The position numbers and the translations under genes were made by a program. 64,000 nucleotides of DNA from Eledone cirrhosa. Its lineage: Eukaryota. The DNA is taken from positions 8,804,001 to 8,868,000 of the forward strand of contig OZ024751.1 in NCBI GenBank assembly GCA_964016885.1, read 5' to 3'. This document shows, piece by piece, positions 14,230 to 26,439 of this stretch; the stretch's first letter is position 1, and every line of letters begins with the position of its first letter. Under the pieces are notes generated by a model. That model did no database searches, was not told the origin of the DNA, and saw only the letters and a program-made list of their open reading frames with translations.

Positions 14230-14490
14230 ATGAAATAACAAAATCAAGTCATTAGAGATATACTTCACTGCTTTACGATCTTTTCTAGATGGTGGTAATA
14301 CATTGTATCCTCACTCAGTTATTGATCTCGTAAGTTTACAAACTATCAGATAGAGCGAATATTTACTTACATGCATAGCACCAGCTGTTTTCAAAAGCAA
14401 TAATAATTTTATTCAATAATAATTTTACACAGAATTAGTATAATTTCCATATTTGGAGGTAGTTGAAGAACTAACGAATCAAATTGTTCT
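14230..14490 (-). repeat. Left arm of a ~260-bp inverted repeat (partner ~20200-20460), PLE-type terminus
   Basis: Reverse complement aligns by eye with 20200-20460. Both arms carry the same hammerhead motif and face (TA)n tracts. Confidence 0.85.
14267..14401 (-). ncRNA. Type I hammerhead motif, U3-A8 core, extended stem II
   Basis: ATTGCTT-TTGAAAA-[~110 nt, base TGGTG/CACCA]-GAAAAGATCGTA-AAGCAGT; stem III has one mismatch. Confidence 0.6.
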
Positions 14491-14637
14491 TTTCATATGG
14501 TGTTAAGATGAAAAGTAATACACATTTGTTGAGGTCATGACCCTTTGAAAGGAATGGTTGAAAGGTGTTAGTAGAAATGGCATAACAATCTATTAGGAAG
14601 GAAGGGGATTGTCAAACTGATAGTTGAATGTATCTTG

Positions 14638-14889
14638 TGTGGTTAGAGAAAGCTATCTCACTTACCGCTTTTCATAGGCGCCGCTAAATTCCACTGCTGG
14701 TCTCTCCTCTTCCACGTGCAACCAACTGCTTAACACCGGGAGCTGCCAAAACTCGCGTCCACACCGTTGCTGGTCACCACTAGAGAGGGCCATCTGCTGG
14801 CCCTTCCGGTCGAGCGTCCTTCCGGCCAAGCACCCTTCCGGTTGAGCACTCGCCCGCTTCCGGCCAACGCACGCCACACCATACCTACA
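14638..14889 (-). repeat. 3' LTR
   Basis: TGTGG...TACA, 252 bp, roughly ten substitutions versus 18557-18808 counted by eye. Confidence 0.95.
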
Positions 14890-15127
14890 CGCCCTGCTAA
14901 TCTCACGGATCAATTTCCCCCTCGTCCTTCTGCATATGAAAGTCTGCTGTCCAGGTTGGTGGTTTACGACTTCTTTGCGATCTCCGCAGAGTTGGGGCAG
15001 CACTTTGGGTTTCCTCTTCCTCGGAGTCCGTTGAAACAGTGATTCTACGGACATCCAGGACGTGACGTGGTACTCCGTCCACGGACACATTGTTCTGGGA
15101 ATTTACGGCCGTCACCGTTCCCCTTCC

Positions 15128-17700
15128 TCATTGACATGTGCAACGTGCATCTGGGGGCTTAAGCCAGACTTCTTCGCCCACCTGCACGAATGGACTCTCT
15201 CTCCCCACTGGCCGTCGTGGTGGCGTGCACGGGTGCCGTGACTCGTATCTGAATAGTGCTCTGTGTGGCACCGATTCCTCGACCTGTCCCACCCGAGAGG
15301 ACATGTTGTACCAGAACACTGCCTCCATTGGTGAGATATGGCCACGCTCCGCCATTGCCTTGATCGTCCGGTGGTGTCGCCCCACAATTCCATTCCCGCT
15401 TGGCGTTGAAGAAACGATCCACCTTCCATCCATCGAGCATCTCCCTCAGCGCCTCCGAGCGGAACGCTGCGCTGTTGTCCATCAGCAGTTCGTCCACAGG
15501 GCCCCGCACCAAGAACACCTCTCTCAACGTCCGCATGATTTCCTCGGCCGTTCCAGTCTTCATCTCCCTCCATATCGCCATCCGTCCTGGTCCACAGTCG
15601 ACCATCGAGAGGTACGTTCCATGTCGGTAGTGCGTTACATCCACTTCCAATCGCTTCCAGTCGTGATCCACCGGGAGGCTTCCCGTTTCGTGTACACCCG
15701 GGGCGGGATCAATGGGCTGACATCGGACGCAGCCTCTAACCACCCTTTGTACACTGTGTCTGTTAACGTGCGAGTCGATTCTCCTGGCTAGGAACAGGCT
15801 CCTATCCACTCCCATGTGGTGCATGTCATGCAACCCTTTCAGATCCGACTCGGTCAGCTGACACACGGCAGCTATCTCATCTTCTACCTCCTCCGGCGCT
15901 TCATTCCAGGCTTTCTTCACCCTAGTTAACATGTCCGCCCTATTTTTCTCTGAGTGCACGAAAACTACGCTCAACCTCAGGTCGAACTCGGTGGCCAGCT
16001 CTCCTAAAGTTCCCAGGCGGTGCTTTATCAGCATCTCCGCGACCCCTCTCATTCGCACTCTATTCTCACTGGTGAGCACTGATCTCACCCATCCGAGTAC
16101 TGTAGCCAAGTCGGTGCGTATCTCGATGGTGCGCAGTTCCCACCTCAGGGAGAGGTTCACCCCTTTCAACACTGCGTCCAACTCGGCCACATTGATGTGG
16201 TTGCAGTCCTCCTTCTTCCTAAGCCAGGCTGCATCCTCGACCTCAACACCTCCTATCTCCAACGTGACACCCAGCGCTATGCTGCTGACATCGCACCATA
16301 CGGTCCCGCTCTGTGATTTGGGAACATACCAGCATCCCCGCCCTGGGTCGTCGGCCTTCACCCTCCCCACGATCTCCTGCATCATGGCCACCGTCCTCTC
16401 TCCCACTCTGTCACTCCAAGTCACTCCTCCCGCTCGTCTCTTGACAGAGCTGCATGCCGTCCGGAGCCACCCAGCAATCGGGTAGTGACCCAACAACTTT
16501 TCACACACCGAGAAAAGCTCCCGCCTACTCATACTTGGGCCCAGTTCTGGAACTTCATTTGCCCTCTGGAATACCAAGACGCCCGTCCTGTCTCGCCGTA
16601 GCCTAAGTTCCAGCGCGGCTCCTCTCTCCAACGCTTCTGACGGCTTCGCAGCCAGTCCATACCCTTGTAAATGGCTCGTGACCTGCGCCGCCGACGCCAC
16701 AGACTCGTCCACTAGGATGTCGTCAATATAGGAGTTAGTGGCGCTCTTCATCTTGTCGGCCTTTACCAGAAAGGTCTTGAGGACCGCCACCATGATCTTC
16801 GGTGCGGAGCTCAGCTCGAAACCGAGCCTGGTCAGACATAATGTCCGGCCCTTATACCTGACCAGCTGATACTGCCAGAGCTTCTCATCTATATGCAATT
16901 GCAAGTATGCCGACTTTAGATCTACGATTGCTCTACCCCCTGTCATGCGTCTCCACTCACGCATGGTTTCCCCACAGACATCTGTGATCTCGCCACCCGT
17001 GTGGCATGACACGTACTCGTTCAGCTCCCGAAAGTCCAGCACCGGCCTCACCTTGTTCTTCGTGGGTTGCGCCACGGCTATTAACGGCAATACTCCGCAC
17101 TTCACCTCCTCTTTCCAGGGAAGCAGTATGCCCTCCTCAATCCATCTCTCTACCTCTCGCTCGAACTCGCTCCTAATGATTCCCTTCAATGTGTGTTGAT
17201 AGCAGTCCACTTTGGTCTTCAGTGCTCCAGTACCACTCAACAACCCATCGCATCCCATCGAACACGGCCTTGAAGTCTTTGTCCTGCACAGTGTAAGCGG
17301 GGTATTTCTCCTCGTGGGCCTTCTGGTTCTCCTGTCGCGCACTCACAGCGCATACCGATGCAGCGGCGCCAAACGACACACCGACGTTGTTCACTGTGAC
17401 GCCTCCTAGACGGCCAATTGCGTCCATGCCCATAACCACGCCGATCTCATCCACTACGCTGTCTACTACGATGGCAGAAAGCCTTATTTTCCTTCCCCGT
17501 ACCGCTATTTCCATCTCGCTGCGACCTCGGCATTCAATTTTCCTGCCGTCGACTGCCCTTACGCTGCTCTTCCCTCTCCACCTCTGCGCCACCCCGCAGT
17601 CACCAGTGTCGTCGTACAGCCCGTGTCCACGAGGGCTCGCTGTGGCTTTCCCCTCACGATGACTTCCACCACGGACAGCGCCTCTACTCGTAAGGGGCAA
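15128..17700 (-). pseudogene. pol (protease, RT, RNase H, DDE integrase), frameshifted
   Basis: ORF 15159-17342 has KVRPVLDFRELN, DLKSAYLQL, LGFELSSAP, YIDD, WCDVSS..HINVAELDAV..NRADMLTR, HHMGV..CVRC, DVTHY and LLMDNSAAF. Integrase continues in 15128-15433 (SGNGIVGRHHRTIK). Confidence 0.9.
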
Positions 17701-17719
17701 CTACCGGCGCAGTAGTGCC

Positions 17720-18430
17720 CCTTGGATCATTTCCCTGGTCGCAGTTAGTAGCGATGTGGCCTGGTCACTTACACCAGTAGCATATTATTTCCGGCCTTGA
17801 TTCTCTACAGTCTCTAACCATGTGTGGGCCCTGGCACCGAAAACAGCGACCACTAAACGTTCGCGGGCGACCGCGTGTCATGGTTGCCTCCTGTTCACCA
17901 TTTCACTGCCAGCTGTCTTGAGCGTCTGTAGTTGCTATCGCCGCAACACTCTTTTTGGCATCTTCTGCTATGATCCGGGCTTGTTCCACCAGTGAACGCA
18001 TTTCCATTTCTTTGTAACCCGGGACTTGCTGCAGTTTCACCGCTATGTCGTCTGGAAATCCATTTATGAACACCAACCGCACCTTGCGTTCGCATTCCAC
18101 CTGATATCCAGCCAACATAGCCAATCGCCGTATTTCGCTGCGAAAATGTCAACGCGTTCACCGTTCCATCTAATTCTTGCCAGCTTAGCGAAAGCGGCTA
18201 ACGGTCCTTCTACGAATGCTACTATCATGCGCCTCTCAATCATTTGCGCATCTCTTTGGCTGTGTTCGTCCAACTCAAGGAAGAGTACCCCCCCCCCCCC
18301 CGAGGTACAGTGCCATGAGGCCAGCCACATCTTCTATCTTCTGCAAGCTTGCGCCCAGCCGGACTTTTCGCAGCCAAGCGACAACATTACCTTCCCCGGT
18401 AAATGCCCTGATAGCTTAGCTTGTTCGTAG
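17720..18430 (-). pseudogene. gag-like ORF with CCHC zinc knuckles, frameshifted
   Basis: Fragments 18064-18330 and 17903-18124, followed by CFRCQGPHMVRDC and a second damaged knuckle. Confidence 0.75.
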
Positions 18431-18544
18431 TCTAGTCGCCATCTGCTAATTTGTCTTACGGTACGTGATAAAAAAAACAACAGACTCCTCTGTTTTTCCA
18501 GTAGCTTTTTTTTTTTTTTTTTCAATCAGATCGCAGTTTCCAGT

Positions 18545-18556
18545 GCCGAAATAGCT
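18545..18556 (-). promoter_or_regulatory. Putative primer-binding site complementary to tRNA-Phe nt 1-12
   Basis: AGCTATTTCGGC directly abuts the 5' LTR. Its complement GCCGAAATAGCT is the 5' end of metazoan tRNA-Phe(GAA). Confidence 0.65.
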
Positions 18557-18808
18557 TATGGTTAGAAAAAGCTATCTCACTTACCGCTTTTCACAGGCGC
18601 CGCTAAATTCCACTGCTGGTCTCTCCTCTTCCACGTGCAACCAACTGCTTAACACCGGGAGCTGCCAAAACTCGCGTCCACACCGTTGCTGGTCACCACT
18701 AGAGAGGGCCATCTGCTGGCCCTTCCGGTTGAGCGTCCTTCCGGCCGAGCACCCTTCCGGTCGAGCACACCCCCGCTTCCGGCCACCGCACGCCACACCA
18801 TACCCACA
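18557..18808 (-). repeat. 5' LTR
   Basis: Direct repeat of 14638-14889. Confidence 0.95.
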
Positions 18809-19239
18809 TCTTGTATAGTGAATTTAAAAGGAATGTCAAAATAAATGGTGATTAGTGTTGTATTGAATTTTAAGGTGAATATAAATTAATGTTATTGCTA
18901 GGAAAGATAGTATATTAAAAGATGAAAATTATAATAAGATAATGTGATATAGTAATGCGATAATATACAACTTAACCAACACAATATAGTACGGTGCGGT
19001 AAATTGCACTCAGTATAATATATCTTATTATACGCTCTAAAATATTACTAAGTATGTTTATGCATAAACTATCAAACTCAGATAAGTACATGTTGGCATA
19101 GTTAAAACACATAAATGTCATAGTCTACAAATTGCATATATTCACACTCCATATATAGAGAGGTACAGTTATATTGATATATAACCAAAATATACATACG
19201 TGCAAATAGATGCAAACCTAAATACACACCCACACGCAT

Positions 19240-19345
19240 GAATATAATCATATATATATATATATATACATATCCATACATAAATATATCCACACATATA
19301 CATCTATACCCCCATATATACTTATACATATACACATACATATAT

Positions 19346-19402
<57 letters not shown>

Positions 19403-19432
19403 TATATATATTTACATATGCACATACACACT

Positions 19433-19478
<46 letters not shown>

Positions 19479-19604
19479 CATACACACCCATATATATATA
19501 TACATATATATATACATATACATACATATACATACACACATACATAGACAATCATATACATATATACACATATACATATACATAAACATATATATAAACA
19601 TATA

Positions 19605-19696
<92 letters not shown>

Positions 19697-19715
19697 AATA
19701 TATACACACATAAAT
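19240..19715. repeat. (TA)n/(CA)n compound microsatellite
   Basis: Direct reading. Confidence 0.95.
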
Positions 19716-20288
19716 ATATTTCCATATTATACATAGATGTTTATTTTTACTCATGCAATTACGGGTGGCTGTGTATCTTGTTACTTTTAGTCATTAACGC
19801 ATGAATCTAAGGAAGCTAAAACACTAAAAGGCAAAAATAAGCATGAAAGCATATAATTAGGGGAAAGAGGTACTAATAAATGTTATTCTATACGGAATTA
19901 TAGTGAGTTGCTATTTAGAATATTTAATTAGGTTTATAGTATTTAATTGTTTTTCGTATACTGTGATTACAGACTAGGATTATATCATGTCTTTTATTTA
20001 ATAAATCGTCCTTAGATTTAGTAATTTCCAAGATATCTCCTGAACATAATCTGCATTCCCTCCCGTCTCCAAGATATGGGGTTTTTTGTAGAATGGTGTT
20101 CCACGATAACTTAAAATCTATTTTTTCTTTTTATAATTATTTACCGCTTCAGCTAAAGATGTGGTGTTTGCTAGTTTAGTATTGTTGAAAACTACTAAAA
20201 AAACAATTTGATTCGTTAGTTCTTCAACTACCTCCAAAGATGGACATGATACTAATTCTGAGTAAAATTATTATTGAATAAAATTATT

Positions 20289-20424
20289 ATTGCTTTTGAA
20301 AACAGCTGGTGATATGCATGTAAGTAAATATTATCTTTATCTGATAGTTTGTAAACTTACATAGAGCAATAACTGAATATGGATACAATGTATTATCACC
20401 ATTTAGAAACGATCGTAATGCAGT
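20289..20424 (+). ncRNA. Type I hammerhead motif, U3-A8 core, extended stem II
   Basis: ATTGCTT-TTGAAAA-[TGGTGATA...TATCACCA]-GAAACGATCGTA-ATGCAGT, with palindromic stem III ACGATCGT and a GUA site. Confidence 0.65.
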
Positions 20425-20468
20425 GAAGTATATCTCTAATGATTGATTTTGTTATTTTATTGTTTTAA

Positions 20469-20785
<317 letters not shown>

Positions 20786-20802
20786 TATATATATATATAT
20801 AT

Positions 20803-21130
20803 ATTATAATAGAATATGAAAGAAAAACGAACACAGATATATGTGTTCAAATCTTAAGTGACCCGATTCGCTAAGGTGAAAAGAACACTAACTATAGTCA
20901 ATTGGGCTTGCTTGTCTCCATTTAAGAAAAAATCAAGAAAATAAATACAAACGGGAATTGTGGTAACTACCAATCACCCAGACAACTTGGTGTTGTTTCG
21001 GATTGTTAATTGTGAATAGATTGTCTATAGATAGTATTCTTTTCACCTTAGCGAATCTGGTACCTTACGATTGCAAACACATATATGTCTATATCTGTAT
21101 TCGTTTTTCTTTCATATTCCATTATAATAT
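20803..21130. repeat. Inverted repeat with ~100-bp arms between (TA)n tracts
   Basis: 20803-20903 and 21020-21128 are reverse complements. A related copy lies at ~34480-34640. Confidence 0.8.
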
Positions 21131-21190
21131 ACGGCTCGGAAATATATCTTTCTTAGAGCTATTTTGAGTTCGTAATTCAATATATACCTT

Positions 21191-21191
<1 letters not shown>

Positions 21192-21268
<77 letters not shown>

Positions 21269-21486
21269 GTATGCATTTATATATATATGTATATATGTAT
21301 ATGTATATATATGTATGTATATATGTATGTATATATATATATGTATATATATGTATGTATATATATATATATATATTTATATATGTATGTGTATATATGT
21401 GTATATGTATATATATATATGTGTATATATGTATATATATATGTGTATATATATATATATGTGTATATATGTATATATATGTACAC

Positions 21487-21521
<35 letters not shown>

Positions 21522-21608
21522 CATATATATATGTATATATATGTATGTATTTATATATATGTATATAAGTATGTATGTATTTACATATATATATATATAT
21601 ATATATAC
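21192..21608. repeat. (TA)n/(TATG)n microsatellite
   Basis: Direct reading. Confidence 0.95.
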
Positions 21609-22762
21609 CAATAAATTCATAATTTCATATAAGTTTCAACGAAGATTTATGCATATATGATGATATATATGCTTAATGTTTTTTATCCGTTGTAAATATG
21701 TCATTTTTTGTAATACAAGTTTTATATGACATCGCACTCACGATGTAATCCTGGTGATTATACAAACTTTCTGCCTCGCCTCTATTGTATATGATGTATC
21801 GTTCTTTTAATGTTGTTTTTTTATTGTGCCAATTTTACAGTATATTACATCTTTATATATTATAATATCCAATGCTGCAGTGTATAGTTGTACATATTTT
21901 TAATATATATATATGTAAAGGACACTGTGTATCTACCTAATTATGTAGCTCTACTTTTTCAATCACGAATTTATGTATGTGTTTGCATAGGCTCATACAT
22001 GTATATACACGTATATAACTCTTCGCCCGTATAACCAGAACGATAATACATGCGTCAGTGGCTGAGTGCGCGTGTGATTGTATCTATGTATAAAAAAAAA
22101 GAGCTAAAGACGTATGAAGTATAAGAAATAGAAAAAGTGAGAATTACTACCTGAACAATTTGTAACTTGTCACCAAGGTTACATCTTTTTGCTGAAAGAC
22201 CTTATCGTACAGCGTCCATTATACCAATCTGTTTTGCAAATTTCTCTATTACATAGACTGAAACAAGGCATTAACCCCACTTTGCTATCGATTAGTTTTA
22301 GATGTTTGTTTCCATCACTTCATCTATGTTGTTCATTTTTTCAGATCGCCTCAATGCTAACATTTTACATAGGAACGTTATATTAATTCGATTAGGTTTT
22401 CACTTCTCAGTTTTCTTATTTCTATTCGGTTTCCTCTCCTTTCGCTGTGACAATTCTTCAGGTACATTTCACAGCTGTTCATTCTAAGTGTGCGTCGAGA
22501 TAATTATTCCGGTGTATATAGTTTTAAAGTATGTCTTATATTCCTCATGCTGTTCTATGGCGAGCTTACATCTCAAATAGTAGGCGACAAATGTCGGAAA
22601 GCTGAATCCTCAGTAGATGGTTAGATAAGGGGTAGAACGATATTTCCGTCGCTCACGAGGATTTTCTTCTTCAACTCAACTAAATTGGTTGATTTGAATG
22701 TATGGAGAATAACATTCGGAACTTGACAAAGAATAGTTCATGTTATACAATGAGTATTTCAA

Positions 22763-22980
22763 TGGATTGGCAGTATAGATAGAGCGTCGGGCAACTTGTT
22801 TTGCAGCACAGAGTTACGCCCCTTTATGTTATGTGTTCACATACCGCAGAGTTTAGCTTTGCTTTTCATACTTTTGAGGTCGATAAAATAAAGTACAAGT
22901 AACGACCTGGAGTCCACTTAATCGACTTTGTCTCCAACAAAATTGTTGACCTTGTGCCTAAATCAGAAACATTTATTACT
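22763..22980 (+). mobile_element. tRNA-derived SINE, diverged
   Basis: TGGATTGGCAGTAT..GTCGATAAAATAAAGTAC..TTGTGCCTAAA..GAAAC. Confidence 0.75.
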
Positions 22981-23094
22981 AACTATTGACTAGGCGGGAT
23001 GTCTGAAACTTTTGTTGAATATATAGGAGTGTTGTAACACAAAATCTGATTGAAACTGATACAAAATTGGGCTTATGTAAATCATGTTAATAAA

Positions 23095-23305
23095 AAATGC
23101 TGCTGATCTTGCAGGGAAGGGCCCTAATGTGCAGTTCAGGTGACTTGGGTATTAATCCTAGTGTTCCTATTACCACAGGGATAGTGTTGTTGCCTTCCTC
23201 CACAAGCGGTTGATCTCTATATCCAGGTATTTTTACTTTGACAGTTTTCCATTGCTTTTGCAGATATATTCTTGTCAGCTGGTACAGCAGTATCTATAAG
23301 GCTAC
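23095..23305 (-). mobile_element. RLE-domain fragment of an R4/Dong-like element
   Basis: Minus strand reads LIDTAVPADKNISAK..IEINRLW..PVVIGTLGLIPK, paralleling the C-terminus of ORF 397-1080. Confidence 0.75.
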
Positions 23306-23312
23306 ATTACGA

Positions 23313-23660
23313 TTAACGCCGAGGTTAGCTTTGCTTTTCATCCTTACAGGGTCGATAAAATAAAGTACCAGTAATTCACTAGCGTCAATTTAATCGACGT
23401 TCCCCTCTCTCCAAATTGCTGACCTTGTGCCTTAAGTAGAAACATTTATTATCATTATTATTTTTATCAAGGGCGGTGGATTGGCAGTATCGGTAGAGGG
23501 TCGGACGCCATGCTTTGTAGCATAGAGTTACGGCCCTTTTACTTCTGAATTCAAATCACGCCGAGGTTAACTTTGTCTTTCATCCTTACGGGTTCGATCA
23601 AATAAAGTACCAGTAATGCACTGTAATAATTACTGGCCAAATGTAGAAACAATTATTATT
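23313..23660 (+). mobile_element. Two adjacent SINEs (partial 23313-23450; full 23471-23660)
   Basis: SINE core repeated. The second copy starts GGCGGTGGATTGGCAGTATCGG. Confidence 0.85.
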
Positions 23661-23981
23661 TTCATCAATATTATTATTATACGATTTTATATATATATTC
23701 ATCGTCTTCATCCTTATTATCAATCCCAGCATATTCTTTGTAATTCTATGAATTACTTATACATTTAACTTGTTTCCATCGAAATATTTGGCAGACCCCA
23801 GCATCTTATCTCCAGTAAAATATATTATATTGATTATATTCTAGAAATCTCTATCAGCTCGCCCATATCTCCTCAAATGGTTACATTTAGATTCACTTGC
23901 AGTACAGACATCTGGTTGGCTGCTACATATACAAAAATGCATTTATTTCCCCCTTTATCAAATTTAGATTCTAATGCCCTT

Positions 23982-24360
23982 GGTGAATTGGCAGTATCGG
24001 TAGAGGGTCGGACGCCATGCTTTGACGCATAGAGTTACGGCCCTTGCCATTCTGAGTTCAAATCCCGCCGAGGTTAACTTTGCCTTTCATCCTTACGGGG
24101 TCGATAAAATAAAGTACCAGTAATACACTGAGCAATTGCTGGCCTTGTGCCAAAAGTAGAAACAATTATTAAAGGCGGTGGATTGGCAGAATTGGTAGAG
24201 GGTTGGACATGCTTTCCAGCATAGTTATGTCCCTTTACGATCTGAGTTCAAATCCCGCCGAGGTTAACTTTGCCTTTCATGCTTACAAGGTCGATAAAAT
24301 AAAGTACCAGTAATGCACTGTTTAATTGCTGGCCTTGTGCCGAAAGTAGAAACAATTATT
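23982..24360 (+). mobile_element. Head-to-tail SINE dimer (23982-24170, 24174-24360)
   Basis: Two complete units with A/B boxes separated only by the ATT tail. Confidence 0.88.
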
Positions 24361-24670
24361 AGAGGAAATAAAATAACGTATATATAAATGTTCGTATTGT
24401 ATATTTAATAATATACTGTATGTTTATTTTAAAACATTTTGAAGGCCTTTCGCTATGAATATAAGGTCGTGTCTATCTTCAGCAAAAACAAAGGGAAATA
24501 ACCAATGATCGTTTCGCACTTTTTAGTGGTTATCAAGTTTATACATCCCTTGTTTTTGCTGTGAGCTGTGTAGACGCTGGATTCTTAAAGAATTACAATT
24601 AGGTTTATGAGCTGTTTAAACTCATTAACTTACAGAGCGATTGCCGACCCACCAAGAAATAGAAATTTGA

Positions 24671-24706
24671 GTTGGTACTCTGAAATAGCTATTTCAGAGT
24701 ACCAAC
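24671..24706. repeat. Perfect 36-bp palindrome
   Basis: GTTGGTACTCTGAAATAGCTATTTCAGAGTACCAAC equals its own reverse complement. Confidence 0.95.
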
Positions 24707-26311
24707 ACAAATATTTCATATATATTTAAAGGATATTCATTTTTTTTGTTTCATTTTTAAAATAGAATATTTCTGCATAAAATAATTTCTATTTACTCTA
24801 GCATTACGTCCACTGCTCCAACGAAACGGTAGTCAACATTTCATTTCCAACTGGTTTTGATAGTCAAAAGCTAATTCGATATATAATGAATGCGACTATG
24901 AAGTATTCACTTGATGCAGCTACTATTATATTTCAAGATTGGAGAAGATATGTATATAAATTGTTGTAGCTGATGTTTTGCAGTGAGAATAGTGAACCGG
25001 CTACTGTTTTCGACGGACCAACTCCTTAACAAGAAAGATGAACTGTTACTGCATGTAAACACCGATTACGTAGGACTTACTTCGCCCTCAAACCCCATAA
25101 TGACCCGGGTGGGGGTAGACTAGGGCTATAACACCCCACTTGCCTATTTTGTAATGGGTAACCCCTGCTTGCCTATGGAGACGTAAGATCTTCTTTTACT
25201 TTCCTTTATCGCTTCCCCTATATTTCTTCCTTCCCCCCATCCCTCCCCAGTCCTTCTACCCCAGTTCCCTCTCTTTGTCGTCGTCTTTTTCTCGCCCACC
25301 CGAGGTAGCCCATCGGTCCCTTGTAGCTTCAGCACCCCACCCCTCCCCTATTCTATGATAGATGTGGCTGACTCCGCTTTTTATAGCAGAGGTGTTAGAC
25401 GTCGGATAGTCGCCCCCTTCTCTGACCGCTGTCCCTTTTTTCCGTGCCTTCTATATTTCTTAGTGGCATCTTTGCTTTAATTTCTCGTTTATCCAGTATC
25501 TCTTTTTTCTTTTTCCCTTTTTTTTTGGGGGGGGGGGGGTGTTCCTGTATTAATTTTCCGTTCTTTACTTTTACTTCGTACGATCTTTCATGTAGCTTGT
25601 ATAAGATTTTTTGTTTCGTGGCGGTACCCTTAGAGTCAGCACTAGTATTGTTTTGCGGGACCCTGAATTATATTCTCGTACTAGTTTACTTTCTTGCACT
25701 GGGTGGTTGCTGGCTCTGTGTTTGGGGTAGAAACCTTTATTATTTTCGTGGTAGTCTCTTTAGTATTCTGCCCCCCCCCATTGTTGACCCGTCACCGTAC
25801 GATACACGCACTTATACCTCGTATAAGGGTCCCTTTATTTCCGTCCCACCTAGTTTATTTCTATTATTATTATTTATTTTTTTATTCTACATTATATATA
25901 TATATTTTAATTTTAAATTTATTTATCTATTCTTTTATTCACTTATTTGCTTATTTATTTATTTATGTATTTCTTCAGCCTAGCAATAGCGAGAGACTTA
26001 AGTCTTAGTAACCAGATTTTGCTTATTTATTTATTTTTTTTATTTTTCTCCCTCAGTACCTTTTAGTTTTACCTTTCATTGTTCTACTTACCGTTTCGAC
26101 CTCCTCACCATCCCCAGTATCCTCCTTGACCTCACACCCAGCTGTAGCTGGCACTACCAACGCATGAATGGGTCTACTCTACCCCCTCTCCCTTTTTCTC
26201 CTACTGGCAGGTTTAGCTACCCCTTCCCCCACCAACTCGCCATCACAGATTTACTACTAACTTGTGATGTGACCAATCATGGTGATTATCTCTTTGACCA
26301 TATATGGAATT

Positions 26312-26406
26312 ACCCCTTGATAAGTTCGGCTATTTAAATACCAGAATTAATTTTTCATTCAGTACAGAATTAGCCGTCGAAACGGCTTGAGCTCAGCCGT
26401 CGGGGT
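26312..26406 (+). ncRNA. Type I hammerhead ribozyme, U3-A8 core, apparently intact
   Basis: ACCCC-TTGATAA-G..CGGCTA[loop]TAGCCG.C-GAA-ACGGC[TTGAGCTCA]GCCGT-C-GGGGT; predicted GUC cleavage after 26401. Confidence 0.85.
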
Positions 26407-26439
26407 CTTACTTGTTCCTATATATATATATATATATAG

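Larger units (their letters stand above)
14638..18808 (-). mobile_element. Complete LTR retrotransposon (gag-PR-RT-RH-IN) of an atypical lineage
   Basis: Two 252-bp direct LTRs, TSD TCTTG at 14633-14637 and 18809-18813. Gag with CCHC knuckles, protease LVDTGC, RT YIDD, RNase H, and integrase with HH-CC and DVTHY/MDN motifs. Confidence 0.95.

Noticed and set aside
14230-20460. TIR DNA transposon carrying the LTR element as cargo
   Set aside because: No transposase or defined TIR ends. The LTR element has its own TSD, so it is a later nested insertion.
22149-22230. Possible minus-strand exon bounded by AG and GT
   Set aside because: All three frames contain a stop.
23313-24360. tRNA gene cluster or CRISPR-like array
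   Set aside because: Units have A/B boxes but no cloverleaf, and carry a SINE body and tail.
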